DNA of 64,000 nt from Halobacteriales archaeon (lineage in GTDB: Archaea; Halobacteriota; Halobacteria; Halobacteriales; Hikarchaeaceae): NCBI GenBank assembly GCA_034521615.1, contig JAXHME010000017.1:6728-70727 (forward strand), given 5' to 3'. Shown here piece after piece: positions 38,999-47,487 of this stretch. How positions within the stretch are numbered: the stretch's first letter is position 1; each line of letters opens with the position of its first letter. Made by a program: the position numbers and the translations under genes. The notes under the pieces were generated by a model. That model was given only the letters and a program-made list of their open reading frames with translations, did no database searches and was not told the DNA's origin.

Positions 38999-39731
38999 CC
39001 CTCGCGGTGGGCCTCGAGCGCCTCCTCGAGGGTGAGCTCGCCCGCGGCGACCCGGCGGGCCAGCGCGGCCGTGATCTCCCGGTTCTCGGGCGATCGCTCC
39101 CGGGAGGCGGCCTTGATGGCGGTCAGCTCGCCCGCCGTCGGCTCGACCGTGCGCTCGGCCACCGGCTCGCCCGCCCGCCGGGCGATGTTCACCGCGGCGA
39201 GCACGTCGCCCATGCCCCGTGCGCCGGTCCCCAGGTGGGGCGTCGTCCCGGTCTCGTCGACCAGCTCCACCCGCACGTCGTCGAGGGCGTCGATGACCTG
39301 CGAGCCCACGCAGCCGGGCGCCGTCGCCGATGCGGACCACCGGGTCGACCGCCCCCTCGAGCTCCTCGCGGACGAGCGCCGGGACGTCCGCCAGCGGGAC
39401 GTGGAACGCCGCGACGACGTCGTCCCCGTCGAGCACCGCGACGCCCGGGCGTTCGCCGGGGTCGACCCCGACCACGCGCCGGCCGGCGTCGCCCCGGCCG
39501 GCCGAGAGCGCGGCCTCGACCGCCGGCCGGGGGTCGTCGGGCTGGGCGACGACCACCGCCACCTCCTCGTCGACGGCGAGCTCGTCGTCGCCCGGGGCCG
39601 CGGACGAGCACGGCCGTCCCGTCGGGCAGCGGGTCGCCCGGCTCGACGGTCGTGAACGTCGCGTCCCGCTCCCGCAGCGCCGTCACCACGCCGTGATAGA
39701 CCTCGAAGTCGGCCGTGGCGACGACGATCAC
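38995..39731 (-). pseudogene. Conserved archaeal hypothetical protein (possible RNase H-fold/RuvC-YqgF-like core), needing two frame corrections (about 39305-39307 and about 39591-39597)
   Basis: Three colinear pieces in three frames: V(GTG 39729-39731)IVVATADFEVYHGVVTALRERDATFTTVEPGDPLPDGTAVLVRGPG / DDELAVDEEVAVVVAQPDDPRPAVEAALSAGRGDAGRRVVGVDPGERPGVAVLDGDDVVAAFHVPLADVPALVREELEGAVDPVVRIGDGARLRG / SQVIDALDDVRVELVDETGTTPHLGTGARGMGDVLAAVNIARRAGEPV...EEALEAHREG. Confidence 0.65.
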
Positions 39732-39804
39732 TGGGGCCGGTAGCCCCGAGGCGCGCAAAAGCGGTTCGGTGGGGTTTAACACGCAACCCGGCCTACGCCC
39801 CGGC

Positions 39805-40497
39805 GTGACCGGGCCCGTCTCGACCGGCTGTGACCCCATCGACGAGCTGCTGGGCGGCGGGCTCGCCAGGGGCACCGTGACGCAGGTCTACGGGCCGCCG
39901 GCCTCGGGCAAGACCAACGTCGCCCTGTCGGCCGCCATCGAGGTCGCCGCTGGCGGCGGCACGGCCGTCTACATCGACACCGAGGGGCTCTCGCTGGAGC
40001 GGTTCGGACAGCTCGCCGAGGCCCGCGGCGACGCCGAGGCCATCGCCGACCGGATCATCATCACGAAGGCCCACGACTGGGGCGAGCAGGCCGAGGCCGT
40101 CCAGGACGCCGCCGAGTTCGCCGAGCGGGCCGAGCTCATCGTGCTCGACTCGGCGACGGGCTTCTACCGGCTCGAGCGCACCAACGACGGTGAACAGGCC
40201 GGCGAGTCGCTCCGGGCGGTCGCGCGCCAGCTCACGGGGCTGCTCTCGCTGGCCCGCCGCCACGACCTCGCCGTGCTCGTCACCAACCAGGTGTACACCG
40301 ACCCGGACACCGACCGGGCGAAGCCGCTCGGCGGCTACACGCTGGCGCACTGGACGGGCGTCATCGTCCGGCTCGAGCGGTTCCGCGCCGACCAGCGCCG
40401 GGCGACCCTCGAGAAGCACAAGTCGAGGCCGACGGGCGAGGGCGCTCGCTTCGCGATCACGGGCACCGGGCTGTCGGGCGCCGAGGCCCGGCGGTAG
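39805..40497 (+). CDS. radB: DNA repair and recombination protein RadB
   Basis: ...VSTGCDPIDELLGGGLARGTVTQVYGPPASGKTNVALSAA...AVYIDTEG...IVLDSATGFYR...LVTNQVY... Start placed at in-frame GTG 39805; the track ORF starts at 39715. Confidence 0.9.
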   Translation: MTGPVSTGCDPIDELLGGGLARGTVTQVYGPPASGKTNVALSAAIEVAAGGGTAVYIDTEGLSLERFGQLAEARGDAEAIADRIIITKAHDWGEQAEAVQDAAEFAERAELIVLDSATGFYRLERTNDGEQAGESLRAVARQLTGLLSLARRHDLAVLVTNQVYTDPDTDRAKPLGGYTLAHWTGVIVRLERFRADQRRATLEKHKSRPTGEGARFAITGTGLSGAEARR

Positions 40498-40545
40498 GAA
40501 GGGGACTCTCGGACACGGCGAGGACGTCAACCGGACGGGAACCGG

Positions 40546-40728
40546 TCAGGGCTCGTTCTCGACGACGAGCGTCGACCGGATCCAGGCGTGCTCGTTGTAG
40601 CGGTCCTGGATCGTGCCCACGGTGATGCCCCGCACGGTCTTCTCGGTGTACTGCTCGCGGCCCTCGTGCTCGCCGAGCGGGGGGCGCCGGCGGGGCTGGC
40701 GGTCGCGGTTGTAGTCGTCGCGGGGCAT
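40546..40728 (-). CDS. Hypothetical small protein (60 aa)
   Basis: MPRDDYNRDRQPRRRPPLGEHEGREQYTEKTVRGITVGTIQDRYNEHAWIRSTLVVENEP. A TATA-like CTTATAC (40764-40770, GTATAAG on the coding strand) lies about 40 nt upstream. Confidence 0.45.
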   Translation of the reverse strand: MPRDDYNRDRQPRRRPPLGEHEGREQYTEKTVRGITVGTIQDRYNEHAWIRSTLVVENEP

Positions 40729-40849
40729 GGGCGGTCGGGACAGCTGGATTTGCCGGAGCGGGACTTATACCTGCCGTCAGACCCGAGTCGGACGGGCCGC
40801 TGTCTGGCGATTTTTTCGAGACGCGTCAGACGGCTGTCAGGGGCGCGGG

Positions 40850-41992
40850 CTACAGCTCGCCGAGCTTCCGGAGCAGCTGGCCCTTGTACTCCTCGTCGTG
40901 GTTGAGCCCCTTCAGCTCGATCACGTTCCGCTCGAGCTTGTCCAGCGCGACGTGGAAGGCGTGGTCCGCGCCGTAGCCCTCGCCCGAGCCCGCGATCTGG
41001 CCGTGGTCGGTGCGGAGCCGGATCTTACACTGGATGAGCGGCGTCCCCCGGAGCTTCTCCTTGTGCTTGTGCAGCCGCACGTGGGCGTGCTGGACCTGCA
41101 TGTCGGCGTACTTGTCGGCGACCGACTCGATGCGCTCGCGGATCGTCTGGCGGCTGAGCGTGTCGAGCAGCTTGACGTTCGTGATCTGGACGTCGAGGTG
41201 CTCCTCCTCGCGGATCGAGAGCGCGCGGAGCACGTCGGTCTTCGTGACCACGCCCACGATCTGGCCGTCGTCGCCCGGCGGCGTGACGATCAGGCCCGCG
41301 AAGTCCTGCTCGAGCATCAGGCCGACCGCCTCGTCGACACGGGTGTCCGGCGTGGTCGTCTCGACGGGGCTCGACATCAGGTCGTAGACCGGGAGGTCGA
41401 GCATGCGGTCGGAGTCGCCCGAGCGGTCGCCGGTCGTCGCGCGCTGCTCGTGGCGCGTCACGAAGTCCACGACGTCCTGGATCGTCACGACCCCGATCAG
41501 CGAGCCGTTCTCGTTGACGACCGGCAGCCGGGAGATGCCGTGCTCGCGCAGCAGGTTGATCACCCGGCCGACGTCGTCGTCCTCCCGGACGGTGACGACG
41601 TCCTCGGACTGGATGTCGCCGACCGTCAGGGCGTCGAGGCTGTCGAGGACGGTCTCGAGGATGTCGTCGGCCGTGATCATCCCGTCGAGGCGCTCGCCCT
41701 CGTAGACCGGCGCGACCTTCGTGCCGCCCTCGACGAGCATCCGCGCGACGTCGCGGATGTCGTCCCGGCGGTCGACGCTCGGCGCGGCCTGGTACATCGC
41801 CGCCACCTTGGTCTCGTCCTCGACGTGCGACCGCAGCAGCTGGCGCTGGGTGAGCACGCCGACGTACTCGCCGTCCTCGGTCGCGATGACCGCCTTCGGG
41901 TTCTGCGACTCGAAGATGGCCCGGACCTTCCCGAGCCGGTCGTCGACGTCGACCTCGACGGCGTCCGTGGTGGCGATGTCGGCGATGTCCAT
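40850..41992 (-). CDS. Four CBS domains fused to a C-terminal HPF/RaiA (YfiA)-like ribosome-hibernation-factor domain
   Basis: Internal ATG 41990-41992 of track ORF 40850..43189, 380 aa. CBS repeats (...VGVLTQRQLL..., ...GMITADDILE..., ...IGVVTIQDVV..., ...VGVVTKTDVL...). Tail LDVQITNVKLLDTLSRQTIRERIESVADKYADMQVQHAHVRLHKHKEKLRGTPLIQCKIRLRTDHGQIAGSGEGYGADHAFHVALDKLERNVIELKG. Confidence 0.8.
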   Translation of the reverse strand: MDIADIATTDAVEVDVDDRLGKVRAIFESQNPKAVIATEDGEYVGVLTQRQLLRSHVEDETKVAAMYQAAPSVDRRDDIRDVARMLVEGGTKVAPVYEGERLDGMITADDILETVLDSLDALTVGDIQSEDVVTVREDDDVGRVINLLREHGISRLPVVNENGSLIGVVTIQDVVDFVTRHEQRATTGDRSGDSDRMLDLPVYDLMSSPVETTTPDTRVDEAVGLMLEQDFAGLIVTPPGDDGQIVGVVTKTDVLRALSIREEEHLDVQITNVKLLDTLSRQTIRERIESVADKYADMQVQHAHVRLHKHKEKLRGTPLIQCKIRLRTDHGQIAGSGEGYGADHAFHVALDKLERNVIELKGLNHDEEYKGQLLRKLGEL

Positions 41993-42075
41993 CGGTGGAT
42001 GGAGGTTCGCCGCCGACGGTCTTGAAGGTTGTCTGATAGGGGCCCCGCCGCCGGGCCGGTCGAACCGCCAGCCGG

Positions 42076-43173
42076 CTACGCCCCGCCGCCCTCGACCGGG
42101 ACGTGGGTCGCGACGAGCCGACCGTCGGCCCGCTCGACGGATTCGACCGCGTAGAGCCGCAGGTCCCGCTCCTGGGCGGTCACGACGGGGAAGTCGTAGT
42201 GGGTCGCCTCGTAGCCGAGCTCCCCGCCGTCGGCCCGGCGCTCCTCGACGAAGCGCTCGTGGGCCGCGAGGCGCTCCTCCGCCCGGCGGCGGCTGCGCTC
42301 GGGGGCCTCGGCAGCCCGCGCCTCGATGGCGTCGGCCAGCCCCTCGTCGAGCTCGTAGGCGACCGAGTCCCGCGCGCCGGCCATCGCCGCCAGCGTGGTG
42401 GTGCCGGTGCCCGCGAACGGGTCGAGCACCGTCTCCCCCCGCACGGAGTACATGTGGATCAGCCGGTAGGGGACCTCCAGCGGGAACGCCCCCGACCGGG
42501 CCCGGCCCTCGCCCTCGATCGCCTGCGACTCGCCCGCGACGTCCGCCCAGAGGTCCGAGAACCAGTCGTTGCGCTCCTCCCAGAAGTAGGCGCTCTCGTA
42601 GCGGGCCTCGTCGCCCGGCGGGAGCTCCCGGGCGTCGCCCTTCCGGAACACCAGCACGTGCTCGTGCTCGAGCGTGACGTAGGCGTTGGGCGGCAGCATC
42701 CCCGAGCCCATGAACTTCGTCCCCCGGTTGGTGGGCTTGCGCCAGCGCACCGGCGGCAGCGAGACGAGGCCGAGCTCGCCGAACGCCTCGCTGACCCGGA
42801 CGTGGTTCGGGAACAGCCGGAAGGTGCCGTCGACGGTCCGGGTGGCGTCGCCGACGTTGACGCAGGCGATGCCGCCGTCGACGAGGACGCGCTCGACCTC
42901 CGCCCAGACGTCGTCGAGACAGGCATGCATGCGCTCGAACGCCGCGTCGCCGTCCCCCGAGGAGAGGGCGGCCTCGATCCCCGGGTCGAGCGCGGCGAAC
43001 GTGTCGTCCCAGAGCTCGATCATCGGGTACGGCGGCGAGGTGACGACGAGCTCGACCGAGGCGTCGTCGAGCGTGCGCAGCTCGCGGGCGTCCCCGGCCA
43101 CGACCTCGTGGGTCGTCTGCACGGTCGCGGGTGCTCCCGGGAGGGCAATGGGGGTTTCGTTCGGACTGGCCAT
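42076..43173 (-). CDS. Orphan beta-class N4-cytosine/N6-adenine DNA methyltransferase (SPPY ... FAGTGTT order)
   Basis: 365 aa. ...VELVVTSPPYPMIELWDD... (motif IV) precedes ...VLDPFAGTGTTTLAAM... (motif I). No nuclease-like neighbour. Confidence 0.85.
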   Translation of the reverse strand: MASPNETPIALPGAPATVQTTHEVVAGDARELRTLDDASVELVVTSPPYPMIELWDDTFAALDPGIEAALSSGDGDAAFERMHACLDDVWAEVERVLVDGGIACVNVGDATRTVDGTFRLFPNHVRVSEAFGELGLVSLPPVRWRKPTNRGTKFMGSGMLPPNAYVTLEHEHVLVFRKGDARELPPGDEARYESAYFWEERNDWFSDLWADVAGESQAIEGEGRARSGAFPLEVPYRLIHMYSVRGETVLDPFAGTGTTTLAAMAGARDSVAYELDEGLADAIEARAAEAPERSRRRAEERLAAHERFVEERRADGGELGYEATHYDFPVVTAQERDLRLYAVESVERADGRLVATHVPVEGGGA

Positions 43174-43298
43174 CAGCGCGCCGTGACACCCTGTCGCCCG
43201 GTTGGACGACGCGACGCCCGATCCGAAGGAGCAGGCCCTGAGCCGGTAATAATGTCGAAATTACAGACGCAGTGACGTAGATCGAATGAGTGCACCGT

Positions 43299-43305
43299 AA
43301 AAAAA
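43299..43305 (-). terminator. Oligo-T tract (7 T on the minus strand) about 15 nt downstream of tRNA-Val
   Basis: The plus strand reads GTAAAAAAACAT. Archaeal RNA polymerase terminates at oligo-T. Confidence 0.55.
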
Positions 43306-43319
43306 CATATCAAATTTCA

Positions 43320-43394
43320 TGGGTTCGGGCGGATTTGAACCGCCGATCTTCGCCATGTCAAGGCGATGTCATAACCAGCCTAGACCACGAACCC
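43320..43394 (-). tRNA. tRNA-Val (anticodon GAC)
   Basis: The reverse complement folds by hand: acceptor GGGTTCG/CGAACCC, anticodon stem TCGCC/GGCGA with loop TTGACAT, T-arm GGCGG-TTCAAAT-CCGCC. Confidence 0.92.
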
Positions 43395-43497
43395 TGGCGC
43401 TCCGTCGGTACCCCGCCGGCATAGTTGAACGTTTCGCTGTCCGGCCGCCCGACCGCGACCGGCAAGCCTTAACCGGCGCCGCGGTGCATCGCCGCGC

Positions 43498-44409
43498 ATG
43501 TCCGACAGCGCCTGGGTCAGCCACCTCGGCGGCACCGTCGAGCACGTCGAAGGCGACCGGTTCACCACCCGCATGATCGCCCACGGCGACGGCGACGAGC
43601 CGCCGCTCGTGCTGCTCCACGGCATCGGCGGCCACGCCGAGACCTACGTCCGGAACGTCGTCCCGCTGGCGGAGGCGCTCGGCGACCGGACCGTCGCCGC
43701 GATCGACTTCGTCGGCCACGGCTACTCGAGCCGGCCGGCCGACCTCGGCTACCACATCGAGGACTACATGGACCAGGTCGAGGGCTTCGTCGACGCCCTC
43801 GGCCACGACACCGCCCACGTCCACGGCGAGTCGCTCGGCGGCTGGGTCGCCGGCCGGCTCGGGCTGGACCGCCCGGAGCTCGTCGAGACCGTCGGGCTGA
43901 TCACCACCAGCGGCGTCTACCACATCGACACCTCCGGCGCCGTCGAGGAGGACGTCAAGGACGAGAGCATCGAGGGCATCGAGAACCTCTACGAGACGAG
44001 CATGTCGATGCTCGACGCGGGCGTCACCCGCGAGACGGTCGCCGACCGGCTCCAGTGGCTGTTCGTCGAGGACGTCGACGAGGAGCTGGTGGACGTCCGC
44101 CACGAGATCTACTCCCAGGAGGCCAATCAGGTCGCGATGCGGACCATCTACGAGTCGTTCCTCGAGGACGTCAAGGACCCCGACCGCTACTTCACGACCG
44201 AGGAGCTCCGCGGGCTCGAGGCGCCGACGCTCGTGATCCACACCGAGCACAACCCGAGCGCGAAGAAGGAGCTCGCGAAGTACGTCCACGACCAGCTCCC
44301 GACCTCGACGTACCACCTCTACGAGCACTCGGCCCACTGGCCCCAGTGGGAGGAGCCCGAGCGCTACCACGAGGACACGCTGGCGTTCCTCGACTCGTAC
44401 GCCGGCTGA
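43498..44409 (+). CDS. Alpha/beta hydrolase, meta-cleavage-product (2-hydroxy-6-oxo-dienoate) hydrolase-like
   Basis: 303 aa. ...PPLVLLHGIGGHAETY..., nucleophile elbow HVHGESLGGWVA, ...HWPQWEEPERYH... Context with a ring-cleavage dioxygenase. Confidence 0.75.
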   Translation: MSDSAWVSHLGGTVEHVEGDRFTTRMIAHGDGDEPPLVLLHGIGGHAETYVRNVVPLAEALGDRTVAAIDFVGHGYSSRPADLGYHIEDYMDQVEGFVDALGHDTAHVHGESLGGWVAGRLGLDRPELVETVGLITTSGVYHIDTSGAVEEDVKDESIEGIENLYETSMSMLDAGVTRETVADRLQWLFVEDVDEELVDVRHEIYSQEANQVAMRTIYESFLEDVKDPDRYFTTEELRGLEAPTLVIHTEHNPSAKKELAKYVHDQLPTSTYHLYEHSAHWPQWEEPERYHEDTLAFLDSYAG

Positions 44410-44476
44410 ACCGCCGGCCCTCGGTTTTCGGCGTTCGGACCACAGCTATAAGGCCGACTGCCCGTGAGGTAGCCAC

Positions 44477-45995
44477 ATGCCGGCACGCCGCAAGGACGAG
44501 TACCTCGAGGGGCTCCGCGACGGCCGCGAGGTGTACATCAAGGGCGAGCGCATCGACGACGTCACGACCCACCCCGCCACGGAGGGGATGATCCGGACCC
44601 AGGGCGAGCTGTTCGACCTGCAGTACGACGACGAGCACGGCGACCTGCTGACCTACGAGTCGCCCAGCTCGGGCGACCCGGTCAGCGTCTTCTACAAGCG
44701 TCCCGCGCTCGCCGGAGGACCTCGCCGAGCGCCGGGAGGCCTCGAAGCTCTGGATGGACTACACCTGCGGGATGAGCGGCCGGGCGAACGACTTCCTCGC
44801 CTCGGGGCTGACGGGGCTGGCCATCGGCCACGAGCACTTCAACACCGACGAGCGGGCGTACGGCGACAACATGCTCGAGTACTACGAGCACGTCCGCGAG
44901 CACGACCTCTCGCTCACCCACGCGCTCATCGACCCCCAGATCGACCGGTCGAAGGGCGGCTCGTTCCGGCTCGAGGACGAGGTCGAGCGGCCCGGGTCGG
45001 TCCGGGTCGTCGACGAGGACGACTCCGGCCTCTACGTCTCGGGCGCCCGGATGCTCGCGACGCTCGGCCCCCAGGCGGACGAGGTCATGGTCTACCCCTT
45101 CGGCTACTACGGCGAGGACGGCCCCGAGGTCGTCGCGTTCGCGCTCCCCGTGGGCGCCGACGGGCTCCGGCAGATCTGCCGGCCCCAGCTCTCGAGGAAC
45201 GACGTCCGGAACCACCCCCTGAGCTCCCGGTTCGACGAGATGGACACGTTCGTCGTGTTCGACCACGTCCACGTCCCCTGGGAGCGGGTCTTCGTCTACG
45301 GCGATGCCGAGATCGCCAACGGCTGGCGCGACCGCGAGAAGACCGCCTACGCCCAACTGGCCTACCACCAGACCGCGGTGAAGGACCTCGCGAAGGCCGA
45401 GTTCGCCTGGGGCGTCGCGATGCTGCTCGCCGAGAGCACGGGCATCGACGAGTACTTCCACGTCCAGTCGAAGCTCGGCGAGATCGGCGTGATGGTCGAG
45501 CAGACCCGCGCCTGCATCCGGGCCGCCGAGGCCGACGGCTACTACTTCGACGACGAGTTCTACGTCCCCGAGCCGAGCTACCTGTTCGCCGTCAGCGGCA
45601 GCTTCCCGGACATGTACCCGCGCATCATCGAGATCCTCCGGGACCTCGGCGGCAGCGGGCTCATCGGCGTGCCGGCCTGGGAGGACCTCGAGGCCGACGG
45701 GCCCCTCGGCAGCGACGTGAAGGCGTACTTCCGCGGGAAGGACATGGACGCCGTCGAGCGGATGGGCGTCCAGAAGCTCGCCTACGAGATGGCCATCGGC
45801 GGGATGGGCTCCCGGGAGGCGCTCTACGAGCGGTTCTACACGGGCGGCCCGATGCGGGTGAAGTCGAACTTCTGGAAGAACCACGGCGCCACGGAGGAGT
45901 ACAAGCAGAAGGCGGTCGAGTACGGCCTCCGGGGCGTCGAGACCGACGCCGACCCGACGTCGGCGCGCGGCGCCGTCGCCGACGAGGACGACTAG
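44477..45995 (+). pseudogene. hpaB: 4-hydroxyphenylacetate 3-monooxygenase oxygenase component (HpaB family), frame-broken at about 44702-44706
   Basis: Frame of 44477: MPARRKDEYLEGLRDGREVYIKGERIDDVTTHPATEGMIRTQGELFDLQYDDEHGDLLTYESPSSGDPVSVFYKRP. It continues in the frame of track ORF 44754..45995 from upstream of its Met (RSPEDLAERREASKLWMDYTCGMSGRANDFLASG...). Confidence 0.85.
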
Positions 45996-46936
45996 CCCTC
46001 CGGCGGCGCCTCGAACTCGTCGGAGTGGTCGTGTGAGCCGCTGAACTTCCGGCCCTTGCCCCACCAGTAGAGCGCCTCGGGCATGTCCGCCTCCGTCCAG
46101 GTGATCGGCTCCCAGTGGGGCTCGAAGATGAGGTAGCCGCCGGCGAACACCTCGACCTCGGTGCCGGAGGGCTCGTCGTGGTAGAGGTACTTGGCCTGGC
46201 TGATGCCGTGGTGGCCCGGGCCGCCCTTGAGGTGCACGCCGGCGTCCTTCAGCACGTCCGCCGCCCGGTAGAGGTCCGACTCCTCCTTGAGGTAGTAGGC
46301 GACGTGGTTGAACCGGTGGGCGGGGTCCTCGACGAACGCGATCTCGTGGACCAGCGGGCTGACGCTGAGCCACTTGCCGGCCGGCTCGCCCTCGAGGAGC
46401 AGCTCCTCGCGGAGCTCGAAGTCCAGCACCTCCTGGAACCATTCGGCACACTCGGCGACGTTCGGCGCGTAGCAGTTGACGTGGTCGATGCGCCGGGCGC
46501 CGACGCCGCGGGTCACCCGCTTCTGGGGCTGGTTCTTCAGCGGCGAGCGCTTTGCCTCGGGCACGTCGACCCAGTCCATCTCGCAGAACAGCTCGAACGT
46601 CTGGCCGGCCGGCGAGCCGAAGCGGATCGCCTCGCCCTGGCCGGGCTCGGCCCCGGGCTCGAGCCACTCGACGTCGTAGCCCGACGCCTCGACCCGCTCG
46701 GCGTACGCCTCGAGGTCCGCCGGCTCCTCGACCTGGAAGGCGATGTGCGCGGCGCCGGCCTCCTCGCCCGGCCGCAGCGCGAGCGTCCAGTCGTGCCAGT
46801 CGCCCCACCCCCGGAGGTAGACGGTGTCGTCGACGCGGCGGGTCTCCTCGAGGCCGATGACGTCGTGGAAGTGGTCGCGCGACGCCTCGAGGTCCGGACA
46901 GGTGAGCTCGACGTGGCCCAGCGTGGCGATGCCCAT
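45992..46936 (-). CDS. Type I extradiol ring-cleavage dioxygenase (two-domain VOC fold; catechol/homoprotocatechuate 2,3-dioxygenase-like)
   Basis: 314 aa. MGIATLGHVELTCPDLEASRDHFHDVIGLEE...AHIAFQV...IDHVNCYAPNV...FNHVAYYL...GPGHHGISQAKYLYHDEPSGTEVEVF. Confidence 0.85.
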   Translation of the reverse strand: MGIATLGHVELTCPDLEASRDHFHDVIGLEETRRVDDTVYLRGWGDWHDWTLALRPGEEAGAAHIAFQVEEPADLEAYAERVEASGYDVEWLEPGAEPGQGEAIRFGSPAGQTFELFCEMDWVDVPEAKRSPLKNQPQKRVTRGVGARRIDHVNCYAPNVAECAEWFQEVLDFELREELLLEGEPAGKWLSVSPLVHEIAFVEDPAHRFNHVAYYLKEESDLYRAADVLKDAGVHLKGGPGHHGISQAKYLYHDEPSGTEVEVFAGGYLIFEPHWEPITWTEADMPEALYWWGKGRKFSGSHDHSDEFEAPPEG

Positions 46937-47016
46937 ACCCGACGGGTTTCGACCCCCGGAAAAAGCGTTTTCGACGGCGGGGAACAGTCATACCGCTGGC
47001 CCCGGACACCGGCGCC

Positions 47017-47430
47017 ATGGACGTGCTCGACCGGTTCAACGATCGCCACCCGTTCAACGACCACTTCGGCGTCGAGGTCACGGCCGCGGCCGACGGCCAC
47101 GCCGAGGGCCGCCTCGAGCTCGCGGACCACCACTCGCTCTCGGAGACGATGCGCCTGGCCCACGGCGGGGTGGCGTTCAGCCTCGCCGACACGCTCTCGG
47201 CGGCCGCGCTCGCCTCGGTCGAGGGCAACCCCGGCCCGACCATCGACGTCCGGATCGACTACCTCCGCCCGGCGACCGGGGACCTCGAGGGGAGCGCGGA
47301 GGTGGTCCGCTACGGCGACGACACCGGCGTCGTCGAGGCCGAGATCACCCAGGACGGGGCGCCGGTCGCGACGACCCAGGGCGTGTACAAGACGAACCTG
47401 GTGGAGGGCCAGAACCCCTTCGTGGACTGA
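47017..47430 (+). CDS. PaaI/hotdog-fold acyl-CoA thioesterase
   Basis: 137 aa. ...PFNDHFGVEVTAAADGHAEGRLELADHHS...LAHGGVAFSLADTLSAAA...IDVRIDYLRPA... Confidence 0.8.
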   Translation: MDVLDRFNDRHPFNDHFGVEVTAAADGHAEGRLELADHHSLSETMRLAHGGVAFSLADTLSAAALASVEGNPGPTIDVRIDYLRPATGDLEGSAEVVRYGDDTGVVEAEITQDGAPVATTQGVYKTNLVEGQNPFVD

Positions 47431-47487
47431 CGGCCGGCTTCCCCGGAAGCGCAAGACCGAAGCCCGCCCCCGCGGGAGCCCGGGACG

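Noticed and set aside
40811-40818. The T6 run (GATTTTTTCG) as a terminator.
   Set aside because: It is on the plus strand, with no plus-strand gene ending nearby (radB ends about 310 nt upstream). For the flanking minus-strand genes it would read as an A-run. Its function is undetermined.
43195-43576. A possible integrated element at tRNA-Val (AT-rich spacer, adjacent methyltransferase, onset of the accessory catabolic region), and track ORF 43319..43576.
   Set aside because: There is no integrase, no direct repeat of the tRNA 3' end and no IS or phage genes in the window. ORF 43319..43576 overlaps the tRNA antisense and has non-coding composition. I kept only a low-key remark under the methyltransferase finding.
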